From positions 10,044,001-10,108,000 of the forward strand of contig NC_135803.1 of NCBI RefSeq assembly GCF_964213995.1: DNA of 64,000 nt, in the 5' to 3' direction. The stretch is from Mustelus asterias (lineage: Eukaryota). Positions 12,244-24,207 of the stretch are shown piece by piece. Both the position numbers and the translations under genes were made by a program. Under the pieces are notes generated by a model, which made no database searches, was not told the DNA's origin, and worked only from the letters and a program-made list of their open reading frames with translations. Position 1 is the stretch's first letter, and each line of letters begins with the position of its first letter.

Positions 12244-13582
12244 AGATAACTCCTCAACACCTAATATTACGCATCCCAGAATGTTGAAAGAAGTTGCTCT
12301 GGAGATAGTGGATACATTGGTGATCATTTTCCCAGATTCTATAGATTCTGGAGTGGCTCCTGAAGATTGTACGGTAGCAAATGTCCCCCCACTATTTAAG
12401 AAGTGAGGGAGAGTGAAAACTGGGAACTAATAAGGGGATCTGGGGTTATGGAGAAAAGACAGGAGAATGGGGATGAGAAAAATATCAGCTATGATTGAAT
12501 GACGGAGCAGACTCGATGGGCCAAGTGGCCTAATTCTGCTCCTATGTCTTATGGTCTTATGGTCTTATCTTTTTGCTTTGCATCAGTGGTAGGGAAAATG
12601 CTGGAATCTATTACAAAAGTATGTGATAAATAGACGCGTGGACAATCATAACCTGATTGGACATAGTCAACATGAATATACGAATGGGAATCATGTTTGA
12701 TGAAATGTTTGGAGTTTTTTGAGGATGTTACGAACAAAATTCATACAGTAGAGTCAATTGATATTGTATTTTTGATAAAGTCCCTCATAGGAGATTCATT
12801 AGCAAAATAAAAGCACAGGGGTAGGAGGCAATATACTGTCATGGATGGAGGATTGGCTAACAGGCAGATAACAGAGAGTAAGAATAAATGGGTTATTCAC
12901 ACGTCGGCAGGCTGTGACCATTGGACACCACATTGATCAAAACGTTGGCCCCAGCTGCTCACAATATATATCAATGATTTGTATGTGGATTCAAATGTAA
13001 TATTCCCAAGTTGGCAAGTTATGTTACACCTGTATTTTTAAATTTAAGTTCGCCTACATTTGGAGTATTGCATGCAGTTCTGGTCGCCACATATGAGAAG
13101 GTCGTGGATGCTTTTGAGAGGTTGCAAAGAAGGTTTACCAGAATGTTGCCTAGTCTGGAAGGTTTTAGGAATGAGGAGAGGTTGGGTCAACTCGGATTGT
13201 TTTCACTTGAAAGACAGAGGCTGAAGAGTGACCTGATAGAGGCATAATCAGAGTGAATAGTCAGAGGCTTTTTCCCAGGGTGGAAATGTCAACTAGATCA
13301 AAGCATACGTTAAAGGTGAGAGGGGAAACGTTTAGGGGAGACGTGCGGGGAAAGCTTTTCACACAGAGGGTGGTGGGTGACTGGAATGCAGTGCCGGTGG
13401 AGGTGGTGGAAGCAGCCATGTTAGCAACGTTCAAGACATATGATAGACACATGAATGGGAGGCAAACAGAGGGATAGAAACCATGTATGGGCAATAAGTG
13501 GTGGGTCAAATAAGGATTAGGAATCGGCGCTGCCTTGGTGGGCCAAAAGGCCTATTCCTGTGCTGTATTGTTCTTTGTTCTA
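12244..13582 (+). mobile_element. CR1 (HER1-like) LINE RT/3' region, degenerate
   Basis: HPRMLKEVALEIVDTL...ANVPPLFKK, LERLQRRFTRMLP and FTQRVVGDWN. Confidence 0.85.
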
Positions 13583-14365
13583 GCTTGAAATTTTACTTTC
13601 TGGCAGAATTCCTGCTGCCAGCTCGGCATGGCTGTCATCTTATCTATTTTCCAGTTGCTGGTCTTTCTCCTTTCCATCTCTCCTGTCACTACATAGCTAT
13701 ACAGCGACTGGTATGCCGTATTTCACTTTTGACCTCCTGCCTAAAACATGGCTTTTAGCATATATGTGTGAATTGTAATCTCATGTCTCCACTTTCAACT
13801 AATCTCATCAGCAGTTTTAACACCTAAAATTCTATCTTTAATGGTTCACCACTTCAAGTAAGTAAATATCTGTTTACCTTTCTTCTAAGTTAATTCGCCC
13901 ATCAAAAACCCTTCTGACATCCGCACTTATCAATTCCTTATTCATTCAATTCTTCAAAAATTATTTTATCCCATTATTAAAGATTCTTAAATCTTTATTT
14001 TATTCAAACTCTTGACAGCTGCCTAGTTTGGCACAGCTTCAAGTTTTTAGGTGTCCAGATCACCAAGAACCTCTCCTGGTCCCCGCAAGCCGACACGATA
14101 GTTATGAAAGACCACCAACTCATGACTTACGGAAATCACTATTTCCATATGAACAGAGAGCCACAGATGGTAATCTCCAGGCCCATTAGTGTTTCCCCCA
14201 TCCCGGGAGAGCCTCTGATCATTGGGGTTTACAACTGCTCCCCACCAACGGGGACCAGGCATGCTCACTCCGCTGGTGGGGACTGAGGCCATTGATGCCC
14301 CCCAGGAGGTTGGGGGCGGGGGGCTGTCCCTTGGGCAATGCCAGCCTGGCACTGCCCAAATGGCA

Positions 14366-14913
14366 ACTGTACTTTCTCAGAAGACGAAGGAAATTTGGCA
14401 TGTCAGCTACGCTCTCACCAACTTTTACAGATGCACCATAGAAAGCATTATTTCTGGTTGTATCACAGCGTGGTATGTCTCCTGCTCTGCTCAAGACCGC
14501 AAGGAACTACAAAAGGTCGTGAATGTAGCCCAATCCATCATGCAAACCAGCCTCCTATCCATTGACTCTGTCTACACTTCCCGCTGCCTCGACATAGCAG
14601 CAAGCATAATTAAGGACCCCACGCACCCCGGACATTCTCTCTTCCACCTTCTTCCTTCGGGAAAAAGATACAAAAGTCTGAGGTCACGTACCAACCGACT
14701 CAAGAACAGCTTCTTCCCTGCTGCTGTCAGACTTTTGAATGGATTTATTTTGCATTAAGTTGATCTTTCTCTACACTTTAGCTATGACTGTAACACTACA
14801 TTCTGCACTCTCTCGTTTCCTTCTCCATGAAGGTATGTTTTGTCTGTATAGCGTGCAAGAAACAATACTTTTCACTGTATGTTAATACACGTGGCAATAA
14901 TAAATCAAATCAA
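14366..14913 (+). mobile_element. Rex1/Babar-like LINE 3' end
   Basis: FYRCTIESIISGCITAWY...IIKDPTHPGHSLFHLLPSGKRY...RLKNSFFPAAVRLLN, then a 3' UTR ending AATAAATCAAATCAAA. Confidence 0.8.
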
Positions 14914-15443
14914 AAGCATGATCCCATATATAGCAATGAGGCAGATCACTAAGCAATCTGCTTTTGGGGAACTTATTTATAGATAAATGCTAGCCAGGCC
15001 AAAAGGTGAGGCTACAACATGCCATGGGACATTTCACTCCTGTTAACCAGTCAGGGATGACTACAGAGGCATTTTGAATGGTGCTCACCACTTGCAGAGG
15101 ACCACTTCCTGCTCCGAAGTGTGAATCCAGTTCGTCTTCTCGAATCCTGGACGGGGTCTTCAATCCAGAAACTTACGACGGCAAGAGTCAAGCATCTGAG
15201 AAAAGCTGGTCCCTAAATGCGTTCTACAATTCATATCAGTGTCCCAAGGCGGGCATTTGAAGGCATGAGAGATGTCACAATCTGTTATGCAAATAATCCA
15301 TTTTACAATGTAGATGTTGAGAGTGGAATTTAGCCTCTGTTTGAGGTGTGAACTTATTGAATATTGTTTTATTTACCGACAATTTGTTTATAGAATGAGA
15401 GGAAAGCAACTGCAAGTTCACAAAATGAAAGCCATGATAAAAT

Positions 15444-15775
15444 AGGCGGCACGGTGGCACAGTGGTTAGCACTGCTGCGTCACAACTAAGGACGCGGGTT
15501 CAATTCCAGCCTTGGGTGACTTGGGTCTCCCCGTGTTTGCATGGGTTTCCTCCGGGTACTCCAGTTTCCTTCCACACTCCAAGAATGTGCAAGTTAGGAG
15601 AATTGGCCATGCTAATTTGCCCCTTAGGGTCTCAAGATCTGCAGATTAAGTGAATCAGCCACGGTAAGTATGCCGGGTTTCGCCTTTAGGGAGGTGGGCC
15701 TGGGTAAGATACTCTTTCAGAGAGTCAATGGGGATTCATGTCAGTGGCCTCCTTCCGCACCAAAGGGATTCTGTG
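15444..15775 (+). mobile_element. Older V-SINE copy
   Basis: GGCGGCACGGTGGCACAGTGGTTAGC head with a diverged body. Confidence 0.75.
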
Positions 15776-16699
15776 GTAACTTTAGTCAAAGCAAATTTCC
15801 AAATTAGTGATTTATTTCTGCCTTTGATGTATTTCTGTCATGTCAGTTAAGTGGTGGGGTGGATTGGCCACGCTAACTTAATTCTCCTTTGAAGCTACAT
15901 TGACACATTCATCTTCTCCAGGGACGACAAGTTAATGTATCGATCTATATATACATCACCCATGCTTTCTACACACACAAGATCTTATTCTCAGGGCTGA
16001 AGAATCTGGGGTGGGAGGCTGGTGACGGGGGTGGGGGGGGGGAGGTGCGGGGTGGGGGGGGGGGGGGGGGTGGGGAGGGGTGGAGAATGACTGCGGGATG
16101 CGTCCAACATTGCAGGGTGCATTATGAGATGTGATGATGTCGGGCGCCATTCACGACGTCAACACGCCAGTTTCCGGCAGTACGGCAGGCGACAGTGTCA
16201 GAAAGGCAGAAGTATCAAGTTAAAAGTTAATTCACCAATTAACTCCCGCCTCACTGCAATAATACCGTCAGATGGCAATAATACACTGTCAGGGCATCTT
16301 TTACTATAGGTGGGGAATTCGTTTTTTTAAAGGCCAAGTTTGCTTTGGGCGGGATTTAAAACTGCAGCTGAGACCAGAGCCCCAAACTCTGCTCACTGCA
16401 GGGACGGTTCATTAGAGTGGAACAGGAACCTTTTGGACATTTTCATGAGAAGTCGCCTTGGGTTCAGACAACTTCGTGACAGAATATTTTCGTGTGCATT
16501 ACTTAAGGGTGAGGGGTGAAAGGTGTTTGAAACAAATTAGGATTATTGTTTCAGTTGGAGACAAAACCTCTAGTGAGGAGGAGGAGAGGCGATTGGGAGG
16601 TGGAACAGGAGAAGCACGAGGAAGTGGAGGAGAAGGGTGAAGGGGAAAAGGGAACATAGGGAGGCTCAGGATGCTGTTGTTGCTGTGGAAGGAGAAAAG

Positions 16700-16975
16700 A
16701 GGTGGCACAGTGCTTAGCATTGCTGCCTCACAGTTCAGGGGCTTGGGTTCGATTCCCGCTCGGGTCACTGTCTGTGTGGAGTTTGCACATTCTCCTTGTG
16801 TCTGGTGTGTTTCCTTCAGGTGCTCCGGTTTCCTCCCACAGTCCAAAGATGTGCAGGTCAGGTGAATTGGCCATGCTAAATTCTCCCTCAGTGTACCCGG
16901 AGTGTGGCGACTGGGGAATTTTCACAGTAACCTACTGCAATGTTAATGTAAGCTTATAACTAATAAATAAATGTT
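16700..16975 (+). mobile_element. V-SINE type B
   Basis: Head plus B tail. Absent from the paralogous flank at about 49205 (GAAAAGAG|CTGCACC empty site). Confidence 0.85.
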
Positions 16976-17379
16976 AAACTTTGAAGAGCTGCACCATACC
17001 CCGATGGTTACAGACGAACCTAAATCACTACAAGGGTTTACAAGCAGAGACCTAGCTACCTGGGACCATTCCCATTAGGTCGTTGAATCATTTGAGCATT
17101 AACACCAGGTTCTCATCATCACCTCAACACTATTGACCTCATCGGCCACCTCCTCCCATGTGGCATGAATGTGTCTGAGCGTCTTCATCTTCCCAGTGTC
17201 CAACATGAGCTAGTGACACCTGTTATGTACTGCACGCAAGAACGCACCAAGGGTGGCCTCATCGAATCTGGGGGCAACATTGCCCACCTAGACCACATCT
17301 CCCTTCATTCCAATGGCACAAACATTTATGCATGGAAAAATGTAAGAAAGTGTAATAAAATGTAATAAATGTGAGTTTT

Positions 17380-18613
17380 TTTGTAGGGGTAACCAAGACA
17401 ATAGGTGAGGGCCGTGCAGTTGATGTTGTCTACATGGACTTTAGCAAGGCCTTTGAAAAGGTACCACATGGTAGGTTGTTGCATAAGGTTAAATCTCACG
17501 GATCCAGGGTGAGGTCGCCAATTGGACACAAAATTGGCTTGATGACAGAAGCCAGAGGGTGGTTGTAGAGGGTCGTTTTTCAAACTGGAGGTCTGTGACC
17601 AGCGGTGTGACTCAGAGATCGGTGCTGGGTCCACTGTTATTTATCATTTATATTAATGATTTGGATGAGAATTTAGGAGGCATGGTTAGTACGTTTGCAG
17701 ATGACACCAAGATTCGTGGCATAGTGGAGAGTGAAGAAGGTTATCTTGGATTGCAACGGGATCACGATCAATTGGGCCAGTGGGCTGACAAATGGCAGAT
17801 GGTGTTTAATTTAGATAAATGCGAGGTGATGCATTTTGGCAGATCGAACCAGGCCAGGACTTACTCAGTTAATGGTAGGGCGTTGTGGAGAGTTATAGAA
17901 CAAAGAGATCTAGGGTTACATATTCATAGCTCCTTGAAAGTGGAGTCACAGGTGGACAGATTGGTGAAAAAGGCATTTGGCATACTTGGTTTTATTGGTC
18001 AGAACATTGAGTACAGGAGTTGGGACGTGTTGTTGAAGTTGTACAAGACATTGGTAAGCCCACACTTGGAATACTGTATCCAGTTCTGGTCACCCTATTA
18101 TAGACAGGATATTATTAAATTCGAAAGAGTGCAGAAGAGATTGACTAGGATGGTACCAGGACTTGATGGTTTGAGTTATAAGGAGAGGCTGGATTGATTG
18201 GGACTTTTTTCTCTGGGGCATAGCAGGCTTAAGGGTGATCTTATAGAGGTCTATGAAATAATGAGGGGCATAGATCAGCTAGATAGTCAATATCTTTTCC
18301 CAAAGGTAGGGGAGTCTAAAACTAGAGGGCATAGGTTTAAGATGAGAGTGGACAGATACAAAAGAATCCAGAGGGGCAATTTCTTCACGCAGATGGTGGT
18401 GAGTGTCTGGGACAAGCTGCCAGAGGTAATAGTCGAGGTGGGTACAATTCTGTCTTTTAAAAAGCGTTTAGACAGTTATATGGCAAAGATGGCTATAGAG
18501 GGATATAGGCCAAACATGGGCAATTGGGACTAGCTTAGAGGTTAAAAAAAGGGGCGGCATGGACAATTGGGCCAAAGGGCGTGCTTCTATGTTGCAAACC
18601 TCTGTGACTCTAT
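17380..18613 (+). mobile_element. CR1 LINE, 5'-truncated, RT with frameshift and stop
   Basis: [44 protein letters not shown]. Absent from the paralogous flank at about 49565. Confidence 0.92.
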
Positions 18614-19009
18614 CACTAAATGTTCAACTCCCGAAAGCCAAAAAGTGGGAGACTTGCAGAATTCGAGAACTTCCTCCACCTATGAAGTTTGACATGGTTG
18701 GCAGAGATTAGTTAAAATGTAAAATAAAATCAGAAAATGCTGAGAAGCACAGGCCTGACGAGATTTTTGGAGAGAGAAACGAAGTTAAAGTTTTGAGCCC
18801 ATATAACTCTTCTTCAGAGCTGAAGACAGGTAGAGCTGCGATGGGTTTATACTGTTTTTGAGAGGGTGATGGAGCAGGTGCACAAAACTAAAAGATCGGT
18901 GATAAGTGGGAGCTCAGGAGAGAGTTGACAAAGACGTCATGGATACAAGGCAAAGGGTCTGACGGTGCATAAAAGTTCATCAGTGAGCGATCATGATCTC
19001 TACTTGACT

Positions 19010-19685
19010 GCATAGAACATAGCACATAGAACATTACAGCGCAGTACAGGCCCTTCGGCCCTCGACGTTGCGCCGACTAGTGAAACCAATCTAAAGCCTA
19101 TCTGACCTACAGTATTCCAATATCATCCATATGTTTATCCAATGACCATTTAAATGCCCTTAATGTTGGCGAGTCCACTACTGCTGCAGGCTATGGCATT
19201 CCACCCCCTTACTACTCCCTGAGTGAAGAACCTACCTCTAACATCCGTCTTATATCTATCACCCCTCAATTTAAAGCTATGTCCCCTCGTGCTAGCTATC
19301 ACCATCCGAGGAAAAAGACTCTCACTATCCACCCTATCTAATCCTCTGATCATCTTGTACGCCTCTATTAAGTCACCTCTTAACCTTCTTCTCTCTAACG
19401 AAAACAAACTCAAGTCCCTCAGCCTTTCCTCATAAGACCTTCCCATCATACCAGGCAACATCCTAGTAAATCTCCTCTGTATCCTTTCCAATGCTTCCAC
19501 ATCCTTCCTATAATGTGGTGACCAGAACTGTACGCAATACTCCAAGTACGGCCGCACCAGAGTTTTGTACAGCTGCAACATGACCTCCTCGCTCCGAAAC
19601 TCAATCCCTCTACCAATAAAAACTAACGCTCCGTACGCCTTCTTAACAACCCTATCAACCTGGGTGCCAACTTTCAGGGATCTAC
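19010..19685 (-). mobile_element. CR1 LINE 3' fragment
   Basis: MLQLYKTLVRPYLEYCVQFWSPHYRKD...FFTQ with a (TTCTATG)n tail. Empty site at about 50055. Confidence 0.92.
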
Positions 19686-20134
19686 CACTACCACACTACC
19701 TTTGACTATCATTTTGCTATTAAAAGCCGTTTCCTTATCTTCAATGTTAGTCATCAATTTATTTTCATCCTCGCTCCTCTGCCGTCTTATTCCATTTTCG
19801 AATCCTCTCTACTTCAATATTCAGCTTAACTCTTGAATGTATTATGAAACGTACATTGGTCATGAGACTTTTTTTTCTGTCTCATTCTAATATCTCTGTC
19901 TTTTGCCATCCAGGGAACTCGAAATTTCGACGTACCTCCGCCTCCTCCCATCCGCCCCCCACCTCCCCCGCCCCCACCTCCCCCGCCCCCACCAACACGA
20001 CCACCGTCCCACACGCTCCAACAAGCAGTGGCACACAGAATGAACAGTGCATGTCCCTCGAGCGCCAGAAGGCTTATGTGACGCGGCGCTCCGCTAAATG
20101 AGTAACCCAAGGATGTACCGAACAAATAAAGAGT

Positions 20135-20790
20135 TTTGCACTTATATTGCGCCTTTAACTATCTCTGGGTGTCGCAAATCTGTACCTTTGACGTTTTTTT
20201 AATTCATTCTTGGGACATGGGCGTCAATGGCTGGCCAGCATTTATTGCCCATCCTTAGTTGCTCTTGAACTGAGTGGCTTGATTGGCCATTTCAGAAGGC
20301 AGTTGAGAGTCAACCACATTGCTGTGACCCTGGAGTCACATGTAGGCCAGTCGAGGTAAGGAACGGCAGATTTCCTTCCCGAAAGAACATTAGTGAACCA
20401 GGTGGGTTCTTACAGCAATCGACAATGGTTTAGTAGTCATCAGTAGCCGATGTTCTAATCTAGGAAAGGGTGCAGAACAAGGTTTCAAAAACAAAAATGT
20501 GATAGTGACATTGATTTAAAAAATAATCTTGCTCCGGACGTCGGAAGAATGCCATTCCTTATCAATGAAATACACAAATGGCATATTTTATGCGTGGCTG
20601 GGGAGAGGTCAGGTACAAAATGAAACTCGATTAAACCTCTCGTTCAAAATACGGCACCCCCATTAAAGAAGCATTCTCTCAGAGCTACACTACAACATCA
20701 ACATCAACATTGTTGAGTTGAGCTCGCTAGAGAGGTTCTTTATTCCCAACGTTCCGGCTGAAGTGAAAGTGCCACTCGCTCACCACTGCT
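20135..20790 (-). mobile_element. Ancient DeuSINE (SacSINE1/AmnSINE-like), interrupted by a younger SINE at about 20195-20445
   Basis: Resembles the Deu domain (TTAAACCTCTCGTTCAAAATACGGCACC...CAGAGCTACACT) and the AAGGCGC.ATATAA.TGCAA tail. Paralogous copy at about 50500-51150. Family recalled from memory. Confidence 0.55.
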
Positions 20791-21320
20791 GATTACCTAA
20801 TGCTACCTCACACTAATCACTCCAGCATTATATTCAGCAAAAAGATTGGAGTTAATAAAGAAGAAATGTTAAGTCACTCTGAGAAGGCAAAAGAATAATA
20901 GTAAGCAGCCAAAACGGCCATGCCGATTTAAATACATATCTTGGTTTTCAATTGAATGCAAGCCAATGTTCCGTGATACAAGGACCTTCCTGGGCACAAG
21001 TTAAATAGAAGCGAAGCAAATTTATTAAAAGGGACGGGAAATTGTCTTTCAGCACATTACAATCTGAAAAAAAATTAAATCCATGTTTTTCGATCAAGGC
21101 CTGATGAGTTTAGCACAGAAGAAGCTCTGCTATATTCTGCCTCCCTCTCGGATTATCTCCCCTCTCTTTACTTACCCTCCCACGCTTCCTCATCTGCCTC
21201 TATCCCAAGCACACTCCGACTATGAAAGAGACGTTAAAGTGATGACTCATTTGTTTATAAGCAGCCACAAAGTTACATTTGTCCAGAGTAACATTTCCAC
21301 ATTTTGCAAGCACTTTGTCG

Positions 21321-21326
21321 TTTATT
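21321..21326 (-). promoter_or_regulatory. Candidate proximal poly(A) signal of gene B (distal one at 21021-21026)
   Basis: AATAAA on the minus strand, homologous to gene A 9320-9325. Confidence 0.45.
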
Positions 21327-21428
21327 CCAATGTTCAAATTCGTAACATTAAAATGACTATAACAACATTGACTACGAGCGAATACATTTGCTTCAGCGAA
21401 GTTGCATTACAAAGCCTTGGAGGCAGAA

Positions 21429-22342
21429 TTACAGATCCTTGGAAGCCATTTTATCCATCATATGCTTCTTGGTGTTCATTTCTTTTTTCAGCAGGATAAT
21501 GTGGCATTTGGGAGCAAAAATACAGAAAACCAGTCCAAAACTGGATGCCAAAATCGCAAACACTTCCACAGCTACGGTATATTTACCTGGGGAACTTATA
21601 TAGGCTGGAATGAAAGTTATCCAGACAGCGCAGAAGATAATCATGCTAAACGTGATGTGTTTGGCTTCATTGAAATTGTTTGGAAGTTGTCGAGCAAGAA
21701 AAGCCACCACAAAACACACACAAGACAGAAATCCAATATAGCCAAGCGCACAATAAAAGGCTATCGGCGAACCTACATTGCATTCAAAAACAATGATTTC
21801 CTTAAAATAATCACTGTTCTTTCGAGGATAAGGAGGTGATATTCTTAGCCAAAGCGTGCATATTAAACATTGCACTAATGTAAGTGCACAAACAGAAAGG
21901 CGTTGTTGAACAGGCCCAAACCACCTCATCTTGTTACTGCCTGGAAGAATTGCACTAAATGCCATCACCACAACAACTGTTTTGCTCAAAACGCAAGAAA
22001 TACAAAGAACAAAAATGATGCCAAATGCTGTGTGACGTAACACACAAGACCAGGGGGAAGGTTCGCCAATGAATGTAATCGAACACAGAAAACACAGACT
22101 CAATGCAAAAAGAAGCAGGAAACTCAACTCCGAGTTGTTAGCTTTAACGATAGGAGTATCTCTGTGCGCGTAAAACAACACAAATACACCGATCGTTAGA
22201 GAGGCTCCAAACAATGCCAATGACACCAAAATAATCCCCATTAGGTCGCCAAAAGAAAGAAATTCAATCTCCTTCAATATGCACTTGTCTCGTTGTCGGT
22301 TCGAGCGATAATCCCATGGGCATTTCATGCAATCTGGAGAAT
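21429..22342 (-). CDS. V2R/OlfC gene B, exon 6 (7TM); joined CDS 2616 bp / 871 aa
   Basis: 914 bp open to TAA, acceptor TTTAAG|AT. Exon lengths sum to an in-frame CDS. Confidence 0.95.
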
Positions 22343-22420
22343 CTTAAAGAAACATAAATACATAGAACATAAAACGAGTAAGAAGGAAAACTATATTTAC
22401 ACTAAATGCAGTTATTAAAA

Positions 22421-22826
22421 ATGATGTGGAGATGCCGGCGTTGGACTGGGGTAAACACAGTAAGAAGTTTAACAACACCAGGTTAAAGTCCAACAGGTTT
22501 ATTTGGTAGCAAAAGCCACACAAGCTTTCGAGGCTCTGAGCCCCTTCTTCAGGTGAGTGGGAATTCTGTTCACAAACAGAACTTATAAGACACAGACTCA
22601 ATTTACATGAATTGGCAATTTACATGAGTTGGAGAAGATTGTAACGCAGAACATTCGCATTCCAACCATTATTCATGTAAATTGAGTCTGTGTCTTATAA
22701 GTTCTGTTTGTGAACAGAATTCCCACTCACCTGAAGAAGGGGCTCAGAGCCTCGAAAGCTTGTGTGGCTTTTGCTACCAAATAAACCTGTTGGACTTTAA
22801 CCTGGTGTTGTTAAACTTCTTACTGT
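22421..22826. mobile_element. Penelope-like element, perfect hairpin form, gene B intron 5
   Basis: Identical 156-bp inverted arms at 22457-22612 and 22671-22826, an unpaired extension of about 36 nt, and TSD GTTATTAAAAAT. Genes A and D have the empty site. Confidence 0.85.
22728..22764 (+). ncRNA. Minimal type I hammerhead ribozyme motif (mirror copy at 22519-22555, minus strand)
   Basis: CAC-CTGAAGA-A-GGGGCT CAG AGCCTC-GAAA-GCTT-GTG gives the core CUGANGA and GAAA, stem II, a palindromic stem III (AAGCTT) and a short stem I. This matches the PLE-associated hammerhead architecture. Confidence 0.65.
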
Positions 22827-23010
22827 TATTAAAAATCCCAGCGGTGAAATTTCCCCCGCTCTTAATTTGTTCGTAACTCAGCAACTTAAGGAAGAATTTG
22901 TTTAATGTCTGCGTTTCAAGGAAAAAGTCCAACGTCTCTTAGAAATGTTCCTTCGCGCCACTTATTCCCTCTGAGAAATCAGTTCTCACCAATTCCCCCC
23001 TTGTTTATAC

Positions 23011-23134
23011 CTGTGCTGTTGCTGATTTCACCATCAGCGCATTTTATGCAGTCAAAGCAGCAAATGGGTTCTCCTTTCCTTGTGGCTTTCCTCGTCCCAT
23101 GTGGGCAGCTTTCGGAGCAAACTGCTCGTGGAAC
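23011..23134 (-). CDS. V2R/OlfC gene B, exon 5
   Basis: 124 bp encoding [41 protein letters not shown]. Confidence 0.93.
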
Positions 23135-24207
23135 CTCAATATAAAGAAGAGAAAGTCACTTTATTATTAATCACGTGATATGTCGAAGTTCACTCCATTA
23201 CTGAAGGACGGTGAAAAGGAGAATTCGGATCATTCCAGATGTGTTCGCTTAACACTAGCTGGGGGCGGTTGTTGGAATCTTTACTAACAGAAAGACTGGG
23301 CACTTAAAAACATTTCAGCTAGTTAGAGACACTATTGTGGATTTGTAAAACGTAGGTCATGTCTTACAAACCCAACTGAAAATTTCGAGGAATTAAAATC
23401 GAGCTCGAGGAAATGAAATAATAAAAATAAAACTAATGTAATTTTGAACGTTATAATTAGCGAACTGGAATAAGGAGGTGAGGATGTTTTTACAATTAAA
23501 ATGCCATTGTCAGACCACATCATCTGTCTGTGGAGTTCGGAAGTTGTGCGGAACACAAGTGAACGAGCTCCACAACCCTCTCTGAGAAACCTGCGACACG
23601 CATGCTCATACTTGTTACCGTGTCAGGTTCAGCAAAGAAACGACCGGAAGCTGTTCATTATCGTTGGAGAAGATTGTAACGCAGAACATAAGTGACTACG
23701 TTGCCCGACCACTCCTTGACGGCTTGTGAGATTTGAGATTAATTTATAGGTTAAAGAATATTTTTTTTTAAAAGTTCCAAATCGATGGTGATATGATTGC
23801 CAAGAATCGCCAAAGATTCAAGGCGAAAACCTTTGCAGCTGAGGTTTTTTAATCATGGATGTTTTTAAACGTATCTTTAAAAGTTGATCAATATAATTTC
23901 ATTCGCATTGTAGGTGATACAATAGCTGACCAGGATCTTATTAAAATCGGTCTTCCCCCAATTTAGAACTTTGATTTCTGGCCATTCCTGTGCTTTTCCA
24001 TAACAATACTGAACCTCACGGAGTGATCATCGCTTTCTGAAAAATGCTGCCCCGTTGATACTTGAACCACTTGCCCGGCTTTGTTATTTAACATTAAGTC
24101 CAGGTCTGCGCTATCGTGTAGGACTTTGTACACGGCAGCTTAAAATGTCCCGGACACATTTTAATTCTGCTTCCACGAGACCCATCGCACTATGACTACC
24201 CAGATAA

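Noticed and set aside
11148-12327. Cluster of overlapping Pro/Gly-rich ORFs
   Set aside because: This is a GC-rich TIR element with few stop codons, and there is no recognisable domain.
17559-18533. Active reverse-transcriptase gene
   Set aside because: It is a 5'-truncated CR1 with a frameshift and an internal stop. No intact LINE ORF2 was seen in the window.
22344-22876. Two ORFs with identical N-termini (MSLCLISSVCEQ...) on opposite strands
   Set aside because: They result from the perfect inverted repeat and are not genes.
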